Assembly: GCF_009834535.1 (NCBI RefSeq)
Contig: NC_045696.1
Location: forward strand, 18,664,001 to 18,728,000
Length of the DNA stretch: 64,000 nucleotides
Origin: Camelus ferus
Taxonomy: Eukaryota
Direction: 5' to 3'
The notes beneath the pieces were generated by a model. It was not told the DNA's origin. It worked only from the letters and a program-made list of their open reading frames with translations, and did no database searches. The position numbers and the translations under genes are program-made. Within the stretch, counting starts at the first letter, position 1; each line of letters opens with the position of its first letter. Positions 14,626-27,445 of this stretch are shown piece by piece.

Positions 14626-16494
14626 TTTCCCAATTTTCTCAAGTTTTGTGGTGATACCTCTTAGATTTAATTGCCATGGTTGAAGCTATAGTTGTACTGG
14701 ATATAGTTTGTATCAATAAACATTGCTTAACCTGCTGGAAATAATACCATGGGACGTTCTGCAACTCCAGAGGCCCTAGATTTTATGTATGGTCTGATGA
14801 CAGCCTAGAGGGTACAGCTTGCGAGAGATGAGACTGCTTATACCTGAGGGTGATTGTGTTGGACTCTGTCCACAGTGCAAGAACTCCAGTGTCGATTATT
14901 ATGCTTATTATTATAATGCATTTATCCTCTCTTTAGCTCTATTATTGCAAATAAGTGTAGCTACCGTATAATAGCTAACTGGTAAAACACCTCCTACTTT
15001 CTTAGAAACAAGAAAAATTAACAAGAGTCTATCAGATAAACCTCCTATAGCAGGGTCTCCCCGACATATGCATTGACACTGGTTAGGAGAATTTAGGAGG
15101 GACATTCTTAAACATATGCTGAATAGGGGAAACCCTATTCAAGGAAACTGAGAGATTGCCAAAAGCCTTCAGTGAGAAAAGTGTATATAGTGGAAATGGG
15201 AGAATTAAACTTTACATCTGTTTTTTCTTGAGTTCGTATTTTTCATAAACCAGATTTTCATTACAGCCAATTGGGCAATTGGTCATGGTGAGTGTTAAAT
15301 TAGAAAAAATGAGTGATAGTCTTACTTGTTTTTGCTTGTAGTGTAAGTTTTTTAAAGTGTTTTGGTAATAAAATGGAGAGTGAACAGCCAACCAAATGAA
15401 CTATGATAAACTTATTTTCTGAAAATAAAATTTGAGTTTCAATCTGTTCATTTCAATTAAGTGTTAAATACTAATTATTTATAATGATTCTAACATAGCA
15501 CTTTTGTCTTCAACTGGAAGTAAATTTGAATGATGGAATTCATTGATTATATGTGTAAAACTACCCCATATTACCCTTATAGGTTTTAATGTAATCAGTG
15601 TTAATTAATAATTACCTAAGTCACAAGGTTTCTTCACAAATTCCATTAAGCCTGTACTGTTAATCAATTTGTTTTCAGAGAATATCAGATGTTTGATTCC
15701 TAGTACATTGCTATTTATAACAATTTCTAATTGACATTTTCTGAATTAATAAGATCACATACTTTACAACAGATGGGATTTCCTAAGACAGTTATCATGA
15801 ATCCATTGATACTTAAAGTGGTACAACTAGACTTGTAGTTTATGTATATAGCACAATTCTGATGATTTCATGCATTCTACTAAGCAAAAGAAAACAAATC
15901 AATGTAAATGTGTTAATTTTCATTTCCCAAATTCAGATTCCTTTGTTTAATATTAATGGCTCATTTCTTTCCCATAGGATTATCATTTAAATGACTGAGT
16001 ATATACTAGTATAAAAAAGAAAAATTATGAATCATAATTACTCATGGTTTTCAAAATATCATCTAGGAAGCACAAGGCGTACTGATCATGAGTTTGAACT
16101 CCATTTTAATTTCTGCAGGTGGGAGGAAGATCCAGTGGATTCAGTGTTTCATTTCTCCTTTCATTAGATCCTTGTTACCGTCATGGCTATATTCATTACT
16201 CTGGTCAAGAACAGCATGCATTTCAATACCTAAGTGTATTTTGTTGATCATAATCTCCTACTTGTATTACTTATAAATTTTAATTTTTATATGAAATAAT
16301 GCTGAATTATTTTATGTCAAACTTACTCATCTGAGTCTTCATTATTTGCATATACAAGTATTGAATGATAATAAATTTAAACACAGACTGAGATTTGACT
16401 CCTGTTTCTTAAGTGGAGTGCTTTTGAAGATAAACCAGATGTAATCACTAAGTTACTTGGTTTACTTGTGTAATAAATAGAAAAGATGTAATTG

Positions 16495-16635
16495 AAGAAC
16501 ACTGGCCTTGGCACAGGATGTTTTGCAACCTAGGATGGTCGCATGTTTCCTGAATCTCCGTTTCCAAATCTATGTACTGGGGAAGGGAGGATTCCAGTAT
16601 CTATGGAAACCCGTGGAGCTTTAAAACTTAAAATT
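16495..16635 (+). mobile_element. MIR fragment
   Basis: MIR core 'cctgaatctccgtttccaaatctatgtactgggga'. Confidence 0.45.
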
Positions 16636-17042
16636 TTAATTTCTATGAATAGCAGCTTCCTGATTCATTTTTTCATTATCACAGTAGTAGAAATTTAAAT
16701 GTATGGCATTGTGAATACTGAAAAATACGACATCTTATCAGTATATATTTATTTCAAAAAATATAGGACCAATGCTCTTCCATACCAAGCGCTTTTGTAT
16801 TTCCGGTGAAAACACCTACAGTTGTTTTTTTGTTTTTTTTTAATGTCCATTCAGCAATTCTCTTCTTCTTTCTGTAGTCAAGTCTGTTGTTCTGTGTATG
16901 ATTTTTGAGTGTGTGTATTTGAATAAAACCACTATGAAATGTTATGTTTAATTATTGTAGTTTCTATAGCAGTATTAAGCCTTATCACCCCCTTATTCTC
17001 TCTCTTTTTCATATTTGATACCATAGTCATTTCACTCTGTAG

Positions 17043-17350
17043 TCGATGCAGACCTCATTTGATTGTGCTTCATTTTATTGCTCTTTGCTCTTGTGTTTTT
17101 TAACAAATTGAAGGTTTGTAACAACCATTCCTTGAGCAAGTCTGTTGGTGCCATTTTCCAACAGCATTTTTTAAAGTATGTATATTGTTTTTTAGACTTA
17201 ATGCTGTTTCATGCTTGATAGACCACAATATAGTATAAAAACTTTCATGTGCACTGGAAATCCAAAAAAATTTGTGATTCACTTTATTTCAATATTCACT
17301 TTATTTTGGAGGTCTGGAGTTAAACCCACAATATCTACTCGATATGCCTG
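17043..17350 (+). mobile_element. Internally deleted Tigger1 (MITE-like, ~0.3 kb)
   Basis: Tigger1 5' end ('cctcatttgattgtgcttcattttattg...acaaattgaaggtttg') joined at 'agcat' to the Tigger1 3' end ('aatatctactcgatatgcctg') followed by TA. Confidence 0.9.
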
Positions 17351-17749
17351 TATTTAACTTCCCTAATATTACCAGAAAATTCAGAATATTGCTTGAACTA
17401 GTTTCCCACAATCCTGAAATTTTTAAATTTTTACTGCCTACCAATGGTTGTTCAGTCAACCAAACCACCAGCATAAATCTTCTTCCTCTGTCATTGATGA
17501 CTGTGCAAGAAAAAATATACACTATCTTATTTATTTATTTTTTAATCTAAATCAATGGTTTTCCTTTAGCAGGAATGTCAGTGTTTTTTCTTTCCCCTAA
17601 GTCAACAAAGTTTGGGTTTTGGGGGTTTTTTGTTTGTTTTTGTTTTAGTGGTTCTGCATCAAGACGTTTTCCTATTTCTCTTTCACACTTAAACTTCTCA
17701 TGTGCAGATGGCACTGTTTACTACATCATATATAAAGTGGTGGTGAGAC

Positions 17750-18120
17750 AGTGTCTCTTAAGTGCCTATCTCACCATCTATTTGGTACTATTGGGAAAAG
17801 GGAGTCAATGAGGAATTAGTGATGTTTTATGAAGTGTGCATTCTTGTGAGAAGACACATATTTGTAAAACTCACTATACAAATAAATGTATGTATTTGAT
17901 AAGTGCTGTGAAAGAAAATTCAAGGTGTGATAAGACTGACTAAACCATGTTCTGTAAGAGTTAGTAAGTGAGGGCCTTTTTGACCAAGAGTTTTGAGCAA
18001 AGACCCAAAATGAAGTAAGAGTAGCAGACAAGTCATGATAAGTGAGAGGAGTAGACTCTCAAATTATGTGCAGAGGAAGAGGTCCTGGGATGGGCGAAGT
18101 AGTTCTTAGCTTTCTGAGTG
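17750..18120 (-). mobile_element. L2 fragment
   Basis: 'gataagtgctgtgaaagaaaattcaagg...ttttgagcaaagacccaaaatgaagtaagag' is antisense L2. Confidence 0.65.
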
Positions 18121-18227
18121 ATGATTACCTAAACAGAATCTCAGAGTCATTTGCTGGGAATTCTACATTTATCTTTATGAAGAACAGAGGAGCACACAGG
18201 GAGACTGTAAAGGACATCAGACAAACA

Positions 18228-18502
18228 CAGTCGGCCCTTTGTGTCCATAGGTTCTGCGTCTGATGATTCAACCAACTGCAGATCAGAAATACATGGGGCA
18301 AAATTTCTGGAAAGTTCCAAAAAGCAAAACTTGAATTGGCCATGGCCTGGCAATGATTTACATAGCATTACATTGCATTGGGTATTATAGGTAATCTAGA
18401 GATGACTTAAAGTACATGGGAGGAGGTGCATAGGTTATGTGCAAGTACTGCACATATGAGAGGCTTGAGCATCCCTGGAACCAGTCCTCCACGGATACTG
18501 AG
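18228..18502. mobile_element. Tigger3a/MER7A-like MITE (right terminal repeat truncated)
   Basis: 'cagtcggccctttgtgtccatagg...ttccaaaaagcaaaacttgaat...gtaatctagagatgacttaaagta...ggatactgag'. Confidence 0.88.
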
Positions 18503-18689
18503 CCTATCTTTACGAAAGCCTGGAAAGGCAGCCTCGAGTGATGGTAACAAGGCCTAGACTAAACTACAAGGGGGTCCAGGACAGTTCAACCTCTGGAGTG
18601 GCCAGTGTCCAATGGGATGCAAAAGTATGTCTCTGCACAAACCTGACGTACTCAGGAGACTCAAAGAAAACTAATGCACCTGGTACCTA

Positions 18690-19520
18690 GAAATTTCTTC
18701 CATAACCTGACCAGTATTTGGTGTTCACACTATTTTTTATTTAGTGTGAACTAAATAAAGGTGTCAAGTTAGCATGGAGATCTGGAGTTTTGGTCATGTG
18801 GTCTGCAAGAGGTCTAAGAGACTTCGAGGCATCAGTTAGACATTAAGATAGCCTCATTTTGGTTTTAATTTGCATTCCCCTAAAACTAGTGATGTTAGAA
18901 TATTTTAATATCTCATTAGCTACCTGTATATTCTCTACAGTGAAATAAGTGTTCATTTCTTTGGCCCATTAATAATAGCAGTGTTTCCTTGAGTTTTGAG
19001 AATTCTTTATCCATTCTTGTTGCTAGTCCTTTGTTGGATAGAATTTTGCAAATAATTCCTCTCAGTCTTAGCTTTTCTTTTCATCCTTTGCACAGAGTCT
19101 TTTGCAGAGCAAGTATTTTTGAATTTGAATAATGCCTAATTTACCAGCTTTTTTTCATTTTTATGTATAGCTTCTTGATATCAAATCTGAGAACACTTCA
19201 CATAGACCTGTATCTCAAAGATTTTTCTCCTTTATTTTTTCTTAAACTTCTACATTTTTACGTTTCAGTCCATTTTGAAGTGATATATTTTGAGTTAACT
19301 TTTATATGAGATATGAAGTTTAAGTCAGTTTGTGTTTTGTTTTGTTTTTTTGTTTTGTTTTGTTTTTTAAAATCTTTGGATGTTCAGTTGCTCTGGCACC
19401 ATCTTTGAAAGGCTCTCCTTCCCTGTGGTATCAGGATAACATTGGCCTCATGAAATACCCTGGAAAGTACCCCCTGTTTGTTTACTTTCTGAAAGAATAA
19501 TTGCATAAAATCAATTTTTA
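18690..19520 (-). mobile_element. Old L1 ORF2 3' fragments, interrupted by a templated insertion
   Basis: 'ctcattttggttttaatttgcattcccctaa', 'gctagtcctttgttggata', 'gatgttcagttgctctggcacc' are antisense L1 ORF2. Confidence 0.8.
18759..18843 (+). repeat. 85-bp exact direct copy of 20051-20135
   Basis: 'aggtgtcaagttagcatgg...gaggcatcagttagacat' is identical base for base at both sites. Confidence 0.97.
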
Positions 19521-19779
19521 TTTGAGAGGGATGAACCTACACGGGCAGGGGGGTAGTCAGGAAATGCTGGGCCTCTGGCTGTAAAGTGTCCTTCTTCCAT
19601 TCCTGGGGTTTCTAACTCTTCTTCCTTTTCCCCTAACTTTCCGAGTTCTGCTTTGCTTTTCTCATGGATTATTTCCAGGGTTTATATTTTTACTTAATGG
19701 GGACAAGCAAAGAAAGATGAGTGTATGCTGTCTTCCCTAGACTGGAAGGTCCCTACCTTACATTTTTAAAGGCTCACTC

Positions 19780-20330
19780 TAGATACATTCAGAATAAACA
19801 TGGGGCAAATGAAGAAGAAGAGAGACCAACTAGAAGAACTGTTGTATTCCATGGGGAAGTATTGGTGGTTGTACTAGTGGCAGAAGCAAATGGATTTGGG
19901 ATACTATTTTCAGATTGAGCCAATAGTATTTTTTGATAGATTGAATAATGTGAACACTTGAAGTTAGAAAATAGGAGAAGTAAAGGAGAACTCCTTTATG
20001 CCCTCATGACCTGAGCGGTAGGTGCCATGACCTACCGTGATGCAGTGAGGAGGTGTCAAGTTAGCATGGAGATCTGGAGTTTTGGTCATGTGGTCTGCAA
20101 GAGGTCTAAGAGACTTCGAGGCATCAGTTAGACATCCAAGTAAAGATATCAGTTAGATAACTGATTTTATAGGTCTTGTCTTCAGGAGAGAGATCTGGAG
20201 TAGAGATATGAACTAAGGACTTTTGAAGCTAAATGTCACTGAAAAAGCAGATGCGTAGGGCTAGATCGGAAAGACAAGAATAGACACCTTATACTCTACA
20301 GTAGCAATGTCAGCTTCATTACAAAGGATG
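19780..20330 (-). mobile_element. L2 fragment (holds the donor of the 85-bp copy)
   Basis: 'gagttttggtcatgtg...ttagacatccaagtaaagatatc...caggagagagatctggagtagagatatgaa' is antisense L2. Confidence 0.75.
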
Positions 20331-20649
20331 GGGATGAGCACCTCTGTAGAAGAATTACCAACCACTTCTATAGCAATATAATTCACTTTCAATTTTATTA
20401 AGTAGTTATGTAAAAGTGAAGGGTCTAAATGCATGAGATATTCATTGGGTTGATACCTAGCTTGGATGTCCATCCAAGGAAAACAGCAAGTAAATGTATT
20501 TAAGCTGACAGACACACATATAAAACCATCCAGATGAATATTTTTATTCCTGTGACTTTTATATATCTATTACTGATAAGAATTTGAAATTATCTTTCTT
20601 TTTCAAATTTCATAGTCTCTCTGTAGGCTGAAAATGCTAAATGTCAGTT

Positions 20650-21062
20650 AAATTAGTTTTCTAGGGCCTCAGTAACCAAGTGGGTGGCTGAAAAGAATGA
20701 AAAAAAATATTGTTTCACAATTTTGGACGCTAGAACTCTAGAATCAAGGTGTCATTAGGGCCATTTTCCCTCTGAACCTTGAAGAGGAGTCATTTCTTGC
20801 CTCTCAATAGTTTCTGGTGGTTTGCTGGAAATCTTTGATATTTCTTGGCTTGCAGCTGCCAACATTAATCTCTTTATTATCATAGAGAGTCTTCCCTGTG
20901 TCTCTTCCAATGTCACCATCTTATAAGGACATCAGTAATACTGGAGTAGGGGCCCTATTCCAGTATGTCCTCATCTGAACTTAACTAATTACACTTACAT
21001 GACCCTCTAGGTCGCAATCTGGGACACTTTTCTTAGGAGGGAACACAATTTAATCCAGAACA
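20650..21062 (-). mobile_element. MaLR solo LTR (MLT1C-like)
   Basis: 'attagttttctagggc...gaatcaaggtgtcattagggcc...cttataaggacatcagtaatactgga...acacaatttaatccagaaca'. Confidence 0.85.
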
Positions 21063-24000
21063 CCAGTCATATTTTTGAAATATGTTTTTTATTCAATGAA
21101 GTGTAAGCAGGTCCAGGAGGACATAATTTAATTATTGTGTTAACTTTCAAAGACTGTTCATGCCAAAAATCTCTCAGTTTTGAAGATTTAAACTATTTTG
21201 GTAGTCACACAATAATCTGCTACAGAGCTTTTTTCTCTTTCATTTGAGATGGAAAATTAAAAGAACTTAATGACTGACTGCTTGTAAAATCATTTTAATT
21301 ATGCCACAAATTACAGCGATGCTCCTGAGTATAAGAAAAACTATAATACCATGCATGTTCATATTTCTGTTCAGTATGTTCATAATTTAGTGTCTCAACT
21401 AAATTAAGGATTTTTTTCTTAAAGACAATAAATACATCAAATGATTCATTGGTGATTGTAGTGAACATGCTGATATTTTAATGTGCGTCATTCATAGTCA
21501 GTGCTTTCTGAACTGACTTTTGATTCTGTGATGAGGCTAGTTATTTTAGTTATTTTGATTATTGTAGTTACTTTAGCAGCTAGCATCTTAAAGGCCTTTA
21601 TCAAATTAGCTTTCACTTATTCAAAGATTTAATTCCTTTTAATTTAGTGTACATTTTTACTACTGAAGTTGTAATTTATGTTTCATTTTTTAAAATATGA
21701 GTTGAACTGTACACTACATAAAATAAACATCATGTGTAATCAGATAATAATTGTGTTAAACTATAGACATTTAGACTAAAATTGTTTAATAGCAAAGCAA
21801 TGGTTTGTATCCAAGTTTGCAATAGATATTCTGTGTTTTCAAGAAACTGTGGTGATGATAATCTTAATAATCACTTTCAATTTTTTTATGAGAATATTTG
21901 GGCAATTGCATTCCATAATCTAATGGTGCTGATCTTTATCTGTATCATTATTATAAAAAATGCTATTAGTTCAGGAATCAATGTTTGAGGCTTCAACAAT
22001 CTGAATAAAAATCTGCTGAACTAATTTTATATTAGTCAGTTACATTTGGGCAATGAGGAATAAAACAGAGATGAAAAATACTGTGCAGTTTATGTTGGGA
22101 GTAAAATACTAAATCCATTTCACTAAACCCAAATGATTTAAAGACTCAAAAAGAAAGCTATTCTTCAGGGAAGGTTTTTTCTGTTGTTGTTTTTAATCCC
22201 TTAAAAATGGGATTGGTGAAGGAGAAAGTTATCTTTCCAGAAAGATAGATTTCTTATATGCACTTGCCATATGTTGAATATGCAATTTGTCAGGCAGTTA
22301 ACTCGGGCAGAATTGGAAAGACAAAACCCATTTACACAGCTGTTTTGAAAGGAGCACTGAACTGGAGTTAGGAATAATAGATTTTAATTATCTTTTCCTA
22401 ATCAGAATATAATTTAAATATCTGGTCCTTACTCTCTCAAGAGATGAAATTAGAATTTGGCAAAACTATATTCCTTCATATTTAATCTCAGTCTGACATT
22501 ATATAAAGATACTCAGATCAGTTTTGGGCACTGAAATACATTTGTTTTATCACTTTGGCTTAAGTCAACTTTATCACACGTCAGTTGGAACAACTGCCAC
22601 AAACTACAGACTAGTCTCTTCCAATTGGTCAACCTTAGACTAAATGCTCTTGCCTAGGAAGGTTTTGAATCTTCTTAACTTGAGATCTCTTTACTCTTAA
22701 AAAATTTCCCTAAGGGTACTATTTAGAAAGTAGCCAAAAGATTTCTCACCCTGTTATTAGCCTCCACAAGCATGGGGAAGAGGTGCACTAAATAACTGGG
22801 CACAGGTTATGTAGCAGTCTTTGTCTTATTTATTGTGCGTTTATATGTCTTTGATTCCTCCATGGAAGTGACTTAAGTTTTTACTAATCCCATTATTTGG
22901 GTAAAAGGCTGAAATTTCAGATAATTCTAAGTAATAATTAACTCCTCTAGTCAGTTTATCTGTGTGTATGCATGTACTTGTATACATACATATACACATA
23001 CATGTGTGTATGTGTATTGGCACACTTAAATACTTCATTCAAGAATTTAGTTATTTGTGATAGTGTAATATCTTTGTTTCTTCGTCTGAAAAATAACGGT
23101 AGGTACAATTGCACCAAACTGAGGAATGGAAATAAAAAGACACAATTGTCAATTTTATCTTTCAGAAATTAAACTATTTACAGGTATACATTATTTTTAA
23201 AAAGATTATACCATATTTACATGCAAAATACTTTGGATGAAACTTGTAATGCTATTTTTTCCATTACTTCCTACTCTACCATTTCTCTTGAGCCTCTGAG
23301 GGTTTCAGGCAGTTGTTTCTTGTGGCTGAAAAAGTCGGAGATGGGCAGTAGGAAGAGAGAACTTGTGTAGCATCCCACCAGGGCTGGGGCGTTTCTAGAT
23401 GCGTCGTGTCGCAGTCTAGGAATAACAGAGATTCTCCACCCAGACCTTGCTGGCGTTATCTATAAAATTTACAAACATACCCTGAATCTTTACTTAATGT
23501 TTAGGAGACTGGTATTCACTGAAAATTCATCTCTTGTAGTCAAGTAACCTGTGAAGAAAATTATGATTATAGAACAGCTACTGGAAGAGGAACAGCAGAA
23601 GTTGAAATGTTTTCCTTGTATCTTGATATTTACCCTGGGCTGCTAAATTGCATAGTCAATAATCATTTTTTTCCCAAAAATTGTTGATTGGAAATCTGAA
23701 AATAACATGTCTGAAATTTATTTTATCTTAATATTGTTATATAATTAGTCGTATTCGTCATGAAAAAATAGAAATTAAAGGGTCAATATAATCCAATGAT
23801 GCAGATTTAAATCTCTTACATATTCTTTAGACCTTTTTCTTTGCATACCCATGTAAATCCATTTACAAAAGACGATTTCAACTACCTGTTTCGTGAATTA
23901 ATTATACATTTAACAATGAATCATGGATATATTTGTGTGTTAGAAAAAAGTATAATTGATTATTCTCTATCCTGTGGAAATCATTACACTGATATTATTT

Positions 24001-24144
24001 TAATGGATGTATTATAGCTTTTGAATTTTTTCTAGGTAAGAATGATACTTAATTTTATATTGAATTATTTCCATTAAAAATGACATTAACATATTTTGGA
24101 ATAGAATGGTATTACCATATATTCACACATTTTTTTTTTTAGGC

Positions 24145-25320
24145 TAGGCCCCATGCCCTTCACAAAAATTAACTCACAGACCTAACCATAAAATGCAAAG
24201 CCATTAAATTCCTAGAAGATAACATAGGAGAAAATCTACATGACCTTGTGTTCAGTGATGACTTTTTAGATACCCTATCAAAGGCATGATCCATGAAATA
24301 AAGAATTGAGAAGCTAGACATCATTAAATTTAATAACTTCTGTTCTAAAGACAATATTAAGAGAGTTAGAAGATAGGCCACAGACTTAGTGGAAAATATT
24401 TGCAAAAGATACATCTGATAAAGGACTGTTACCTTAAATGTCAACAATAAGAAAACAAACAACTGAATTAAAATATGGACCAATGTTTCCCCATATCATA
24501 AGTCACTAGGGAAGTGCAAATTAAAACAACAAATGAGATACCACTACACACCTATTAGAATGGCCCAAATCCATAACACTGACAACACCAAATGTTGGTG
24601 AGGATGTGGAGCAACAGGAACTCTCATTTGTTGCTGGTAGGAATGCAAAGTGATACAGCCATTTTAGAAGATGGTTTCATGATTTCTTACAAAACAAACA
24701 TAATCTTACCATATCCCATAATCAGCCTTCTCATTATCTACACAAAAGATTTGAAAACTTATTTGTGGTTGGGTTAGTGTGTGGATATATATATGGTAAG
24801 TTTATTCATAACTACCACAACTTGGAAGCACCAATAATAACTTCAGTAGGCGAGTGAATAAACTGATACATTCTGACAATGGAATATTCAGTACTCAAAA
24901 AAATGAGCTATCAAGCCATGAAAAGACAGAACAATTTTAAATGCGTATTACTAAGTAAAAGAAGTCAACCTGAAAAGGCTAAACTCTGCATGATTTCAAC
25001 TACAAGATGTTATGAAAAGCCACTGTGGAGAGGGTAAGAAGATTGGTGGTTGCCAGAGGGGGAAGTGGAGATGAGGGGAAGTAGAGATGAATAGGTAGAA
25101 CACAGAGAATTTTTAGGGCTAGTGAAAATACTGTGCATGATATTATAATCTATATATATGATGTAGGTTCATTCTTGGTTTAAAAAAAAAAAATTCCTAG
25201 TAAGTGATGTTGATAACAGAGGAGGCCATGCGTGGGGGGGGGGCAGGGTATACATTTTAAATATTTCTGCTTCCCTCTCAATTTTGTTGTAAACCTAAAG
25301 CTGCTCTTAAAAATTATTTT
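24145..25320 (+). mobile_element. L1 (L1MB/MC-like) ORF2 3' end plus 3'UTR
   Basis: 'aaattcctagaagataacataggagaaaatcta', 'tgagataccactacacacctattagaatggc', terminus 'aaacctaaagctgctcttaaaaa'. Confidence 0.92.
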
Positions 25321-25349
25321 TTTTAAAGTAGGAAAAAATTGAGGGAAAA

Positions 25350-25795
25350 GTAAATGTACAATGGAGAAATCTGGAAAATATCAATCAAAGCTTAAGGTAA
25401 ACACCATCAGAAATGGAACTAGTCCACATTAGGTGCCACCAATGTGATGGGTTGAGAGAAATAGCATTACTCTTGTGATCACCTGGCAAAAATGCATACC
25501 TTGGACTTAGTCACAGAGAGACATCAAACAAGTCCAAATTGAGGAACATTCTACAATGGCTATTCTGCAGTGGCTAGAAATGTAGGGGTCATGGAGGTCA
25601 AGAAAGACTGAAAAATTGTTCCACATTAAAGAAGATGGAAAAATGTAACTGAGTACAGCACAGATTCCAAGACTGGATCTTTTTGCTGCAGACACTGTTA
25701 GGGCAACTGGAGTGGAAGCTCAGTGTTAAGGGTATGGATATTCTTGTAAAATTTTTTCAGTACATATGAAATTGTTTCAAAATAAAATTTTAAAA
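25350..25795 (+). mobile_element. Old L1 (L1MC/ME-like) 3'UTR
   Basis: 'tacaatggagaaatctgg...catcaaacaagtccaaattgaggaacattctacaa...gaaattgtttcaaaataaaa'. Confidence 0.75.
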
Positions 25796-27328
25796 ATAGT
25801 AAGCCCCAAGCACAAGCCAAAAAAAAAAAAAGATTTTTTGGGGAAAAGACTATTTCAAGAACACATGTAGTATTAGATAACAAATTTTAATTCAGAGTGT
25901 CTGAAGTAGAAATAATTATATTCAAGTTATGCAAGAATTCATGTGTAAGTAATAAAAGCAAAATTTACATATCCACAAATAAACAAATACAAATGAACAT
26001 TTGAGGTAAAATGCAATTATTTAAGAATAGATTTTGTGCATTAAGTAATAAGTTAGGGAATTTAACAAATGCAGAATCTGAACAATTTAAAATATGTACT
26101 GAAAGCTGACCAGTAATTTGACCAGTATTTTTACTCTCACATTTTGTCAGTCATTTTTACTAACCTTTATGCATACATTTCCATGTATGCTCAGAAGAAC
26201 CATATCATGAAATATTAGTATCCTTACTTAAGGGAATTTAACAGAATTCTGAATTACCTTGTTCCATATATGCTTATTGAGGTTTCCCCTTAACAACTGT
26301 AACCATAATACTGACAATTATCATTATTGTGTGGAAAACAGCTGTATGAAAAATTTCAGTGACTTGAATTAACCTGTAATGACCATGCTATTATGACTTG
26401 TCTGTATTATATATATAATTAATGCCTCTGTTATTTTAATAATTGTTGTTTTGAATTAAAACAGATTGGAAAACTGACGAACCATAGTGTTTTGGAATAA
26501 ATGAATAGTAAACAAATACGAACTTCTACAAACAATATATAAAATTATATTTTTATGTATTTTAATGGGGGGACTAATTAGATAATTTATTTTATGATTA
26601 ATACATTTTTAAGTGATATGACAACATGATCTCTTGAGTACAGCCAAATGTTTCTATATTGCTATAAAAATAGCTTTGGCCTTTGAGAAGAGTTACACCT
26701 GATGGTCTTGCTTTTATTTTTGTTCAGCATCCATAACTTTTTTCTTGATTTTTTCCCCCATCTTGGACGTTCTTAATAAGTTTAAGATGCACATTTAGCT
26801 GTTGTATCCTACCACCTACTCACTAGATTTCTGTCTCACATGGCTATTAGAATGTTATACGGATAATTCAGAACCTGGCACTACTGATATTGTCAATCTT
26901 TTCACAGAAGACACGTGAGTTGACAAGTTGTTTAGATGCAGATGTTACCATAGGCCAGTTTAAAGTTTAGAGGCGATGGTTTGCAAGGTAGCCTCCTGTT
27001 TCCATTGTAAAACTTCTTTTTCAGTATGAATTCAATATGTCAAATTAATCCAGATAAAATAGAAGTATTTTCCAAAGAGAGAAGAGTATAAGAATTGTGA
27101 AGATTATGATTGTTGACCTTAAAAAATGATAGGATCAATTGGAAAGAGTAGATGCAAAGTGATTTAAAAAAGATAATATGCTTAAAATATAAGATTAATA
27201 GTATTTTAATATGCCAGACACAGTGTGAAAGTTTATAGATACTGAAATCTTTAGTGAGTCAGGAGCACGTAGAAAATAATTACGTCACAGTGAGTGAGGT
27301 TCAGATCAGTACTTCTGGAAGCAAAACT

Positions 27329-27445
27329 GTCCCCCCACCTCTTCTTCCTCTCCCTCTCGCCCTTTCTCTACTTGCTCTCTCCTCCCCTCCCCCCCTCCGC
27401 CTTTCCCTCCATCACACACATGCACACACATACATACACATATCT
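27329..27445. repeat. CT-rich low-complexity tract followed by imperfect (CA)n
   Basis: Read directly from the sequence. Confidence 0.85.

Noticed and set aside
18759..20135. 85-bp direct repeats as LTRs or a giant TSD around a 1.2-kb element
   Set aside because: One copy is native L2 sequence, and the intervening DNA continues the flanking old L1 and L2.
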